DNA of 64,000 nt from Ignavibacteria bacterium (GTDB lineage Bacteria; Bacteroidota; Ignavibacteria; SZUA-365). Shown here one piece after another: positions 9,644 to 18,032 of this stretch; within the stretch, counting starts at the first letter, position 1, and each line of letters opens with the position of its first letter. The notes beneath the pieces were generated by a model that did no database searches, had not been told where the DNA came from, and saw only the letters and a program-made list of their open reading frames with translations. The translations under genes and the position numbers were made by a program. The stretch is taken from positions 4,892 to 68,891 of the forward strand of contig PKTF01000131.1 of the NCBI GenBank assembly GCA_002869275.1, in the 5' to 3' direction.

Positions 9644-10729
9644 TTGTACCACCACACAAGGGGTGCTATTTTGCCTGATCAGGCTGTTTTGCAGAATCAA
9701 GGATTTTGTACTGTGTCAGTTCGTGTATTGCCGGTTCTCTTTATCGTTGCGGGGTTCGCCGTGTGTGGCGGGTACACCTCCGCCAGCGCGCAGAATGCAC
9801 ATATCGTTGAGCGCGCGGACGCGAGGCCTGCCGGAGTCGATGGATCCCAGACGGGAGTATTCGGATCGGTGCCGGTTGCTGTGACCAGCGACGACGATTC
9901 TCTCGACTCGGCGCCGCCATTCGAGGGGTATGATCCGAACGTCTCACACTGGCAGTGGGACCGTGCGGCCATTGTCGGTGGCGTGCTGGGCGCGACAGTG
10001 GTGGGCCTGCATATTTATCAGCGTAACGCCTGGTGGCAGGACCAGCGAACCAGTTTTCATTTCCAGGACGATCCTGACTATGCGTTGAACGTGGACAAAG
10101 CCGGCCATTTCTTTGGAGGCGCCTTTGGCTCGTTTCTCGGCCAGAAGTCGCTCGAATGGTCCGGTGCGTCACGCGAGACGGCCGTCTGGGGCGGATTCGC
10201 CATGGGCGCACTCTTCGAACTGTACGTGGAATTCGAAGACGGTTACGCTCGTGACTGGGGATTCAGTCCGGGCGATGCGTATGCTGATGTGATCGGCGCA
10301 GCCTGGCCGGTGGTCCAGCATTACGTGCCCGCTGCATCTCATCTGCAGCCGAAATTCTCTTATTTCCCGTCGAAGTCGTACCGAGATGGCATCCACAAAG
10401 GCAATGCCATCGATGATTACGAAGGCCAGACCTACTGGATGGGCGTTCACGTGCATGGCCTCCTGCCGCGCTCCTGGCAGGGGTACTGGCCGGAATGGCT
10501 GGGACTGGCCGTCGGGGTGTCGGTACGAAACATGCCGCATTTCGATCAGGAGCACACGACTGCCACGGAAAGGAACCTGATCATCGCCCTCGACTATGAT
10601 ATGACCAAAATCATCCCGGGAGACAGCTGGCTGCTCAACGCGCTGAAAGAGGCACTGAACTACATCCACTTTCCCGCGCCCGCCATTCGTATCTCTCCGA
10701 ATTATATCGCTTACGGACTTTACTTCTAG
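9644..10729 (+). CDS. DUF2279-like predicted lipoprotein (envelope protein of unknown function)
   Basis: Hydrophobic leader with a lipobox-like FAVCGG. Trp/Gly-rich conserved blocks (GHFFGGAFGSF, WGGFAMGALFE) recall DUF2279. The true start may be an internal or alternative codon near VSVRVLPVLFIV. Confidence 0.5.
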   Translation: MYHHTRGAILPDQAVLQNQGFCTVSVRVLPVLFIVAGFAVCGGYTSASAQNAHIVERADARPAGVDGSQTGVFGSVPVAVTSDDDSLDSAPPFEGYDPNVSHWQWDRAAIVGGVLGATVVGLHIYQRNAWWQDQRTSFHFQDDPDYALNVDKAGHFFGGAFGSFLGQKSLEWSGASRETAVWGGFAMGALFELYVEFEDGYARDWGFSPGDAYADVIGAAWPVVQHYVPAASHLQPKFSYFPSKSYRDGIHKGNAIDDYEGQTYWMGVHVHGLLPRSWQGYWPEWLGLAVGVSVRNMPHFDQEHTTATERNLIIALDYDMTKIIPGDSWLLNALKEALNYIHFPAPAIRISPNYIAYGLYF

Positions 10730-10743
10730 AAGGGAAGCAGTAT

Positions 10744-11466
10744 TTGATCAGCGTCGTCATCCCAACTCTCAATGAAGAAAAGCTGCTGCCGCAGATTCTC
10801 GAGCAGTTCCCCAAAGACCTGTGCACTCGACATGAAGTGGAGCTGATCATCAGTGACGGGGGGAGTTCCGATGCGACCGTCGAACTGGCACGCATGCGCG
10901 GCGCAGTAGTCGTCGAGCATGATGCCGAGCACCGCCAGACCATCGCGGAAGGAAGGAACAGGGGTGCGGAGGTGGCCAACGGTGATGTGCTCGTTTTTAT
11001 CAACGCCGACATCCGGATCAACGACACAGACCATTTTCTCAGTGCCTGTGCGTCGATCTTAGGCGGACCTGTCGTCAGTGGTGCTACAGCGGTGGTTCAT
11101 GTGTTTCCTGAGGAGGAGAAACTATCAGACCGTCTGTTTCATCTCTGGCATAATCAGTACGTGCGTTTCCTCAACCTGATCGGGGAAGGCATGGGCCGCG
11201 GCGAATGCCAGGTGATCTCCGCTGACCTCTTCCGACGTATCGGCGGGTATAACGCGGGCATGGTCGCAGGCGAGGATTACGACCTTTTTAGGCGTACACG
11301 TAAGCACGGCCGCATTGTGATGTTGCCCGGAGTGGTGATTTACGAGTCACCGCGGCGTTTTCGGAAGTACGGATATCTGCATATCCTCTGGGGGTGGACG
11401 CGCAACGCGCTCGCCGTCATTTTTCGCAACTCGTCCTCCAGTGAGGAATGGGAGGCCGTACGCTAG
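10744..11466 (+). CDS. Family 2 glycosyltransferase
   Basis: ISVVIPTLNEE ... SDGGSSDAT ... DxD-like NADIRI ... GEDYDLFRR, typical GT2 (GT-A fold). Confidence 0.8.
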   Translation: MISVVIPTLNEEKLLPQILEQFPKDLCTRHEVELIISDGGSSDATVELARMRGAVVVEHDAEHRQTIAEGRNRGAEVANGDVLVFINADIRINDTDHFLSACASILGGPVVSGATAVVHVFPEEEKLSDRLFHLWHNQYVRFLNLIGEGMGRGECQVISADLFRRIGGYNAGMVAGEDYDLFRRTRKHGRIVMLPGVVIYESPRRFRKYGYLHILWGWTRNALAVIFRNSSSSEEWEAVR

Positions 11467-11532
11467 GGACGGTTTTTTCCGGTACCCATACTATCTTGTT
11501 ATTGACGTGTTCTATTCAGATGTACAGGAACA

Positions 11533-12354
11533 ATGATTATGCGAATGCGATTTCTGCTTGCCTTGCTGCTGTTTACCGGCACCGTGTTATTCACCGCCTG
11601 CAGCGATGACGATGACGGCGATGGTCCCGCGGGATCCACCATGGCCCTCATCCCAGCGGGCAATTTCGAGATGGGTGATGCAGCCGCCAGCAATGAGCCG
11701 AACGAGCGTCCCTCTCGCACAGTCTCCCTCAGCCCGTTTTACATGGGTAAGACCGAGGTCTCACAGGAATTGTACCAGAGCGTCATGGGCGAGAATCCGT
11801 CTCACACAAAAGGCGACAGCCGTCCGGTAGAAAACATCACATGGTACGAGGCGCTCGAATTCTGCAACGCCCTCTCGCGTCGCGATGGGTATACGGAAGT
11901 GTACACCGACATTACCGGCAACCTGAACGCCGATTTCACGGCCGATGGCTACCGTCTGCCGACAGAGGCGGAATGGGAGTATGCCTGCCGCGCCGGCACA
12001 TCTACAGCGTATTATACCGGGCCGTCCAAGGCGGATCTCGAAAAAGCCGGATGGTATTCCGGAAACGCCAATGGTACTACTCATGACGTGCGCGGACTGC
12101 AGGCAAACAGCCACGACCTCTACGACATGCACGGCAATGTGTTCGAGTGGTGCTGGGACAGGTATGCCGCGGACTACTACCAGCAGGGAGTGAACAATAA
12201 TCCTCTGGGCCCGGAAAGCGGAGAGGAACGCGTCTGCCGTGGTGGATCGTACTTCGTGTTCGAATACGGCTGCCGGTCGACGTTCCGGTCCATGCTGGCG
12301 CCGCAGTACAAGTCCCGCGATATCGGTATCAGACTGGTACGCAGCGCGCTGTAG
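11533..12354 (+). CDS. Formylglycine-generating-enzyme (SUMF1/FGE) family lipoprotein
   Basis: Lipobox LFTAC. FGE-sulfatase fold motifs NITWYEALEFCNALS, RLPTEAEWEYACRAG, HDLYDMHGNVFEWCWD, RGGSY. Same family as the GldJ/GldK-type lipoproteins but shorter (273 aa). Confidence 0.75.
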   Translation: MIMRMRFLLALLLFTGTVLFTACSDDDDGDGPAGSTMALIPAGNFEMGDAAASNEPNERPSRTVSLSPFYMGKTEVSQELYQSVMGENPSHTKGDSRPVENITWYEALEFCNALSRRDGYTEVYTDITGNLNADFTADGYRLPTEAEWEYACRAGTSTAYYTGPSKADLEKAGWYSGNANGTTHDVRGLQANSHDLYDMHGNVFEWCWDRYAADYYQQGVNNNPLGPESGEERVCRGGSYFVFEYGCRSTFRSMLAPQYKSRDIGIRLVRSAL

Positions 12355-12567
12355 TGCAGCAGGGCCAATTCTCGCTCTGCAGACGAGGAGTGTCCCATTC
12401 CTATTGCCTGCGGAACCATCTTTTACCAGGGGTGGTTGAATTTGTATGTGCAGGCGGTTGGAATGCACATCGAAGCGCATTGATTCACACACAGAGTTTC
12501 ACTACCATTGACAATCGTGCGCGTCATACCTTGATCGGAAATATTACACCTCAGATAGAGCAGCCAT

Positions 12568-14169
12568 ATGTTTAAGCAGAAAATTTCCCTTGCCAGCGTT
12601 TTTGTGCTCCTCCTGTTCAGTATACTGATGGGGACGCAGATTCGTGCGATTTCAGAGGATAACATCTACGAGCAGTTCAACAAGTTCAAGGATGTCCTCA
12701 ATTACACGCAAAAGTATTACGTCGACGACGTCAAGGTTTCGGATCTCGTCACGTCGGCAGTGGAAGGGATGCTCAAATCACTCGATCCTCATTCGGTGTA
12801 CATCAGCCCGAAGCAGCTTGAAAAAGTGCAGGAGGATTTCAAGGGGAGCTTCGAAGGAATCGGTATAGAGTTCCGCATCATCAATGACACGATCAACGTC
12901 GCCAATGTGATCTACGGCGGTCCCAGCGAAAAGGCGGGTCTGCTCTCGGGCGACAAGATCGTCGCAATAGACGATGAATCGGCTGTCAAATTCGAAAACA
13001 GCGACGTGCAGAAACGTCTGCGCGGTGAGAAAGGTACAGAAGTTGTCGTGGGCATCATCCGTTCGGGACTTACCGAACCGATCGCCTTCACGATCATCCG
13101 AGACAAGATCCCGCTCTACAGTGTGACCGCGAGCTTCCTCATGGATGACGGCACCGGTTACATGGCGATCAACCGCTTCTCGTCGACGACCTACGAGGAA
13201 TTTCTTACCGGGCTTCGCGACATGAAGACCAAGGGCATGAAGAAGCTCGTACTCGACCTCCGCGGAAATCCCGGCGGCTATCTCGAGCAGTCCTTCCGCA
13301 TGGCGAATGAATTCCTCAATCGCGGCGAAAAAATCGTGTATACCAAGGGACGCCGCACCGATTTCGATGAGAATTTCGTGGCCACCGGCAGCGGTGAATT
13401 TCAGGACCTACCTCTCATTATCATGCTCAGCAATGGCAGCGCGTCCGCGAGTGAAATCGTGGCGGGTGCCGTGCAGGACCATGACCGTGGTCTCATCGTC
13501 GGTGAAACATCGTTTGGAAAAGGCCTTGTTCAGCGGCAGTTCGAACTCGCCGACGGATCCGCCTTCCGCCTTACGACGGCTCGTTACTACACTCCGAGCG
13601 GACGCATGATACAGCGTGCCTACGACGGTTCGGACGAAGATTACTACCGTGGCGCCTATCTGCGTGATGAAAGCAGCGGTGAGAATATCGATCACAGCGA
13701 GGAAGCCGACAGCACCCGGCCCAAGTACTCGACCGACGCCGGTCGCACCGTGTACGGTGGTGGCGGCATCACGCCGGACTACATCGTCACCTACGAAAAC
13801 CTGAAGCCCTATGCCGCACATATGCGCATTCATATTTTCGAATTCGGCGCATCATACATCAGCAAACACGGAGCCGCGCTCCGGGCCAAGTACGAGAATT
13901 CCGATGCAGCCCAGTTTATCCGTGACTTTGACGTCACCGACGCCATGATGAAGGATTTCATTGCCTTCGGCGAATCCAAGGACGTCAAATTCAACGCCGA
14001 GGAATACGAGGTCGACAACCAGTGGATGCGGGCTTCTCTCAAGGCGCAGATCGGACGAACCCTCTTCGGTAACGAAGGACAGTTCCGTGCCATGCTGGCC
14101 GTCGATCCGCAGTTTGAAAAGGCTATCTCACTCTTTCCGGAAGCAAAGAAAATCGCAGGCCTGCATTAA
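12568..14169 (+). CDS. ctp: Carboxyl-terminal processing protease (S41 family)
   Basis: PDZ domain (GIEFRIINDTINVANVIYGGPSEKAGLLSGDKIVAID), catalytic region LVLDLRGNPGGY ... SASASEI ... GETSFGKG. Confidence 0.85.
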   Translation: MFKQKISLASVFVLLLFSILMGTQIRAISEDNIYEQFNKFKDVLNYTQKYYVDDVKVSDLVTSAVEGMLKSLDPHSVYISPKQLEKVQEDFKGSFEGIGIEFRIINDTINVANVIYGGPSEKAGLLSGDKIVAIDDESAVKFENSDVQKRLRGEKGTEVVVGIIRSGLTEPIAFTIIRDKIPLYSVTASFLMDDGTGYMAINRFSSTTYEEFLTGLRDMKTKGMKKLVLDLRGNPGGYLEQSFRMANEFLNRGEKIVYTKGRRTDFDENFVATGSGEFQDLPLIIMLSNGSASASEIVAGAVQDHDRGLIVGETSFGKGLVQRQFELADGSAFRLTTARYYTPSGRMIQRAYDGSDEDYYRGAYLRDESSGENIDHSEEADSTRPKYSTDAGRTVYGGGGITPDYIVTYENLKPYAAHMRIHIFEFGASYISKHGAALRAKYENSDAAQFIRDFDVTDAMMKDFIAFGESKDVKFNAEEYEVDNQWMRASLKAQIGRTLFGNEGQFRAMLAVDPQFEKAISLFPEAKKIAGLH

Positions 14170-14188
14170 TCCACAGGACGCAAAGCGA

Positions 14189-15061
14189 ATGATATCCCGT
14201 CTGAAACGTGGTTTCGCATGGAACCACGTTTCTTTTTTCTCAGCACTGATACTGCTGCTGTGCGTTACGGTAGCGAGCGCACCGGCACAGCAGGGAGGTT
14301 CCAGGCGTTCCTCTCATTCCTCCGCACCCAACCTCGCCGTATTTCAGAAAGGTGAGGAACTGGTGTACGAAGTGAGTTATCTCGGGATCGAACTGGGGAC
14401 GATCCGCTCCCGAGTTGTTTCCGTGGATTCGACACGTGGAAAGCTGAGAATCGGTCTCGAGGGATTCGTACGCACCTACTCCGGAGTTCCTTTCGTTACA
14501 TTGAACACGCTGTTTCGCAGCGTCCTCGGTGATTCCCTTCAATCCGTGGCATTTCGCAACCGTGAATACATACGCAACGATACGGTGTTCAAGCTCATCG
14601 AATACCGGTATTCAACGCGCGATGACGCCGTCTATATCAGTGAAACGCTCAACGACCGTCCCGGCTGGAAACGCAGTGATACTCTCGACCTGGAAGGAAA
14701 ACTGTGGCAGGATGGTCTGTCATTGTTATTTTATGCGCGGGCTTTTGCACATACACGTGGAACGCACAGGGTGCCTGTGCTCATGTACCGCGATAAGGCG
14801 ACGACCACGATTCGTTTTGGTGTCGAGCGCGAGGACGAGGATATCGATGCCTTCGATGAAGACGTGCGCACCATCAAACTTGAAGGAGAAACCGGATTCA
14901 CGGGAATTTTCGGCCTTACGGGAGGTTTCGAGGGTTGGTTCAGTGATGATGTGGCGGCGGTGCCCATCAGCGCGAAAATGCATGTTCTCATCGGAAGCGT
15001 ACGCATCGAATTGCTGAGGTGGAAGAGACGGCATTGGAAACCGCCGCTCGCTGATGATTAG
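14189..15061 (+). CDS. DUF3108 domain-containing secreted protein
   Basis: The track ORF 13961..15061 has a 76-residue N-terminal extension that overlaps ctp out of frame. The real start is the ATG at 14189 (MISRLKRG...), followed by a signal peptide. EELVYEVSYLGIELG matches the DUF3108 YxxxYxGxxxG signature. Confidence 0.7.
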   Translation: MISRLKRGFAWNHVSFFSALILLLCVTVASAPAQQGGSRRSSHSSAPNLAVFQKGEELVYEVSYLGIELGTIRSRVVSVDSTRGKLRIGLEGFVRTYSGVPFVTLNTLFRSVLGDSLQSVAFRNREYIRNDTVFKLIEYRYSTRDDAVYISETLNDRPGWKRSDTLDLEGKLWQDGLSLLFYARAFAHTRGTHRVPVLMYRDKATTTIRFGVEREDEDIDAFDEDVRTIKLEGETGFTGIFGLTGGFEGWFSDDVAAVPISAKMHVLIGSVRIELLRWKRRHWKPPLADD

Positions 15062-15093
15062 ACGCGAGAAATCACGATTCTTTGAGGAGAGAC

Positions 15094-15666
15094 ATGATTT
15101 ATCCTTACCGGGGAGTGTATCCCCAGATTCATCCCAGCGTGTTCATGACTGATGACGTCATGATTATTGGCGATGTACGCATCGATGAAGATGCCAATCT
15201 CTGGTTCGGCAGCGTGATCCGCGGTGATGTCAATACCGTGGAAATCGGTGCCCGGACGAATATCCAGGACAACTGTACATTGCACGAAACATGGAAAAAG
15301 TACCCGCTCATCATCGGTCCGGATGTAACCGTTGGCCATGGAGCTGTGCTTCATGGATGTACGATTGAAGACAGCAGCCTGATCGGTATGGGCGCCATGG
15401 TGCTCGACCGGGCGGTGGTACACAGCGAGTCGCTGGTCGCCGCCGGCGCCGTGGTGCGTGAAGGATTCGAAGTGCCTGCGGGCACTCTCGCCGCTGGAGT
15501 TCCTGCAAAAATCATCCGGAATCTCACCGATGAGGAGCGCGAACATATCCGTTCCTCCGCGCGCAATTACCTCCATTACGTCGAGGAATATCGCAAGAGC
15601 AAAGACCTCGATCGCGGACTCGATTTTCATTCATATCTCGAATATCAGAAGAGCGGACGTATATGA
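15094..15666 (+). CDS. Gamma-class carbonic anhydrase / hexapeptide-repeat (LbH) family protein
   Basis: Left-handed beta-helix repeats with the conserved His ligands of gamma-CA (NIQDNCTLHE, VTVGHGAVLHGC). Start chosen at MIYPYRG. Overlaps nadC by 4 nt. Confidence 0.8.
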   Translation: MIYPYRGVYPQIHPSVFMTDDVMIIGDVRIDEDANLWFGSVIRGDVNTVEIGARTNIQDNCTLHETWKKYPLIIGPDVTVGHGAVLHGCTIEDSSLIGMGAMVLDRAVVHSESLVAAGAVVREGFEVPAGTLAAGVPAKIIRNLTDEEREHIRSSARNYLHYVEEYRKSKDLDRGLDFHSYLEYQKSGRI

Positions 15667-16535
15667 CCTTGAGTATTCTTCACGACAGTACGATGCTGCA
15701 GCGGATCGAAATGGCGCTGCGCGAAGATGTGGGCACGGGAGACATCACCACGGAATGCACTGTTCCCACCGACCTCGAAGGCGAAGGTGTGTTTCTTGCG
15801 AAAGCCAATGGCGTGCTCTCAGGGCTGGAAGTCGCGGCGACGGTGTTTCATCTTGTGGACCGCGATCTGGTGATCGATGCGCGGGTTACCGATGGCATGC
15901 CTGTTCTCCGCGGTGTGGAGATAGCAGTGGTTCGGGGGAAGCTTGCCTCGATGCTGACGGCCGAGCGGATTGCACTGAATTTTCTGCAGCGCATGTCGGG
16001 CATCGCCACAGCTGCCGCATCCTACGTCAAGCTCATCGAGGGCCTGGACGTCAAGATTCTCGATACGCGAAAAACCGCCCCTTGTCTGCGCGCGTTCGAT
16101 AAACTTGCGGTTGCCCATGGGCGCGGAACCAACCACCGATTCGGTCTCGACGATATGGTGCTCATCAAGGACAATCACATTGCCTCCGCCGGAGGACTGA
16201 AAGAAGCCGTGGAACTGGTAGCTGCCCGATTACCGGCGGAAAGCCGGATCAAGATCGAAGTCGAGGCGGCGGATCTCAACCAGGTGATAGAGGCGCTGGG
16301 CTGCGAACGGGTGCATATCATCATGCTGGACAATTTTACACTGGATGAAATGGCGACAGCTGTCAAACTGATCCGCGGCCGACGCAGCGATGTGCAGATT
16401 GAAGCATCGGGGAATGTGAACGAACAGACCGTCCGCACAATTGCGGAAACCGGCGTCGACATGATCTCGGTCGGGGCGCTGACGCACTCCGTGCATGCGC
16501 TCGATATTTCTTTCAATATCAGCGAACGCAGCTGA
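15663..16535 (+). CDS. nadC: Nicotinate-nucleotide pyrophosphorylase (carboxylating)
   Basis: ALREDVGTGDITT ... ILDTRKTAPCLR ... HRFGLDDMVLIKDNH ... MLDNF are canonical quinolinate phosphoribosyltransferase (QPRTase) motifs. Confidence 0.9.
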   Translation: MTLSILHDSTMLQRIEMALREDVGTGDITTECTVPTDLEGEGVFLAKANGVLSGLEVAATVFHLVDRDLVIDARVTDGMPVLRGVEIAVVRGKLASMLTAERIALNFLQRMSGIATAAASYVKLIEGLDVKILDTRKTAPCLRAFDKLAVAHGRGTNHRFGLDDMVLIKDNHIASAGGLKEAVELVAARLPAESRIKIEVEAADLNQVIEALGCERVHIIMLDNFTLDEMATAVKLIRGRRSDVQIEASGNVNEQTVRTIAETGVDMISVGALTHSVHALDISFNISERS

Positions 16536-17122
16536 TGACTACGGGAGGAAGTGCGGGGCCATATCCCGACGTGAAATTCCTGAGAACGTGTCTTGAGGAA
16601 CATGAGCGGAAAACGGAGTCTCAGCAGGGGTATCGCCGAGCGGCGGTTCTTATACCACTGATTCCGCGTGACGGTGACTGGGATTTGCTCCTCACGCGAC
16701 GCACTTCCGAACTGCCGCATCACCGCGGACAGATCGCGTTCCCGGGAGGGAGTGTCGATGGCGGTGAAAACTGTGAAATGACAGCATTGCGCGAGGCGCA
16801 GGAAGAAGTCGGTCTTGAGTCCGCGCGCGTAAACATTCTCGGATGCCACGACGACATACGGACTCCAACGGGTTTCATCATCTCGCCTGTCATCGGGATT
16901 CTTGACTCGGCTGAAGGCCTGAAAGCGAATCCGTCGGAAGTTGCGCGCATCTTCCATGTACCGCTTTCATTTTTCGCTGATGACGCGAATGCCATTGTGC
17001 AGCGGATTGAGTACGAAGGCCGCGCGCGTGAAGTGCATTTCTATGATTTTGACGGGGAAACCATCTGGGGAGCGACCGCGCTTATGATCCGGAATATGCT
17101 GCGGTTGTTCGAATTGATCTGA
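16535..17122 (+). CDS. nudL: NUDIX hydrolase, CoA pyrophosphatase type
   Basis: NUDIX box GGSVDGGENCEMTALREAQEEVGL and an upstream AAVLIPL block typical of NudL/PCD1. Confidence 0.75.
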   Translation: MTTGGSAGPYPDVKFLRTCLEEHERKTESQQGYRRAAVLIPLIPRDGDWDLLLTRRTSELPHHRGQIAFPGGSVDGGENCEMTALREAQEEVGLESARVNILGCHDDIRTPTGFIISPVIGILDSAEGLKANPSEVARIFHVPLSFFADDANAIVQRIEYEGRAREVHFYDFDGETIWGATALMIRNMLRLFELI

Positions 17123-17194
17123 CCGGCGGGGAATGACGTCGTGAGGTCTTTCTGCCGTTGACCGGCCGCCAGGTTTTAGTTTGAGAACGGACTT

Positions 17195-17226
17195 ATTATA
17201 TACGAAAACCCCTCCGCCGTGGCGGA
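17195..17226. terminator. Bidirectional rho-independent terminator
   Basis: Perfect 10-bp GC-rich stem CCCCTCCGCC / GGCGGAGGGG (17199-17220) flanked by AAAA on the left and TTTT on the right. Lies between the convergent genes nudL (+) and the hypothetical gene at 17271-17732 (-). Confidence 0.7.
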
Positions 17227-17270
17227 GGGGTTTTCTGTCATCAGTCTATGCGTATGTGGATCGTGGATCC

Positions 17271-17732
17271 TCAGAAGGGGTAAACTACCTGTGCGGTATA
17301 AATCGGGCGCTCGGTGCGGTTGTCCCACTTGCGGACCAGCGTCTGGCAGTGGCGCGCGACACGTTCGGAACCGTCAAGCTGTGCCGTCTGGCTGATCGCG
17401 AACCTGCTCATGCGTGAGTCCTTGTATTCATAGAGGGCGAGAGCGGCCAGGATGCGGATACCGGCATCAGATTCGTTTTTCAGCTTATCCATCAGCGGGA
17501 TGATGGCGTAATTGAAGTCGTACTCAGGGTAGGCGCGCTTCAGATCGATCACCAGCTGCACATAGTCGGCCTGAACTTCGGCGGATGCATGCTGCAGACC
17601 TGCGGTCACGTTCGTTTCAATAAGTTCCTGTCGTTCCTGAGAGAGCGGGGGATTCGTTTCCGTTGCGAACAGCGAAGCGGGAACGGCGCAGATGACCAAC
17701 AGTGTCACCAGAGTAATCATTGACTTTTTCAT
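17271..17732 (-). CDS. Hypothetical secreted protein
   Basis: Start placed at MKKSMITLVTLLVICAVPASLFA (signal peptide, ATG at 17732); the longer track ORF extends upstream. No recognisable domain. Confidence 0.5.
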   Translation of the reverse strand: MKKSMITLVTLLVICAVPASLFATETNPPLSQERQELIETNVTAGLQHASAEVQADYVQLVIDLKRAYPEYDFNYAIIPLMDKLKNESDAGIRILAALALYEYKDSRMSRFAISQTAQLDGSERVARHCQTLVRKWDNRTERPIYTAQVVYPF

Positions 17733-18032
17733 AACGGCCTCCATTCGAGATCTATATAAGAATTTTGTGGTTACAACACTTACGTGTACGGCCGCCTGTA
17801 CGCAGAGTTGCACGCGGTTTCAGCATTGATGAGGGATTTATTTTTGCACCGCTTTTTTTATGTCCGAAGTGAAACTTTTTCTGTTTTTTATTGAGGCGGT
17901 CCCGCATCTCCATGTCCGGAAATGTCTGGCAGTGGAAGTACTGCCGACAAAAGCGTAACTTCCTGTGTGGCTGTGTGTCTGTTTCATTGACACACCCTCC
18001 TGGAATCAACCCGGCCTCGAAGTACACGATTC

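Noticed and set aside
13961-14188. N-terminal 76 residues of track ORF 13961..15061
   Set aside because: Overlaps the 3' end of ctp out of frame and is Ser/Arg-rich low complexity; the real gene starts at the ATG at 14189, followed by a signal peptide.
17839-17846. TATTTTTG as a Bacteroidota-type -7 promoter box for the adhesin gene
   Set aside because: Matches TAnnTTTG but I could not find a properly spaced -33 TTTG partner; kept only as a remark in the adhesin finding.
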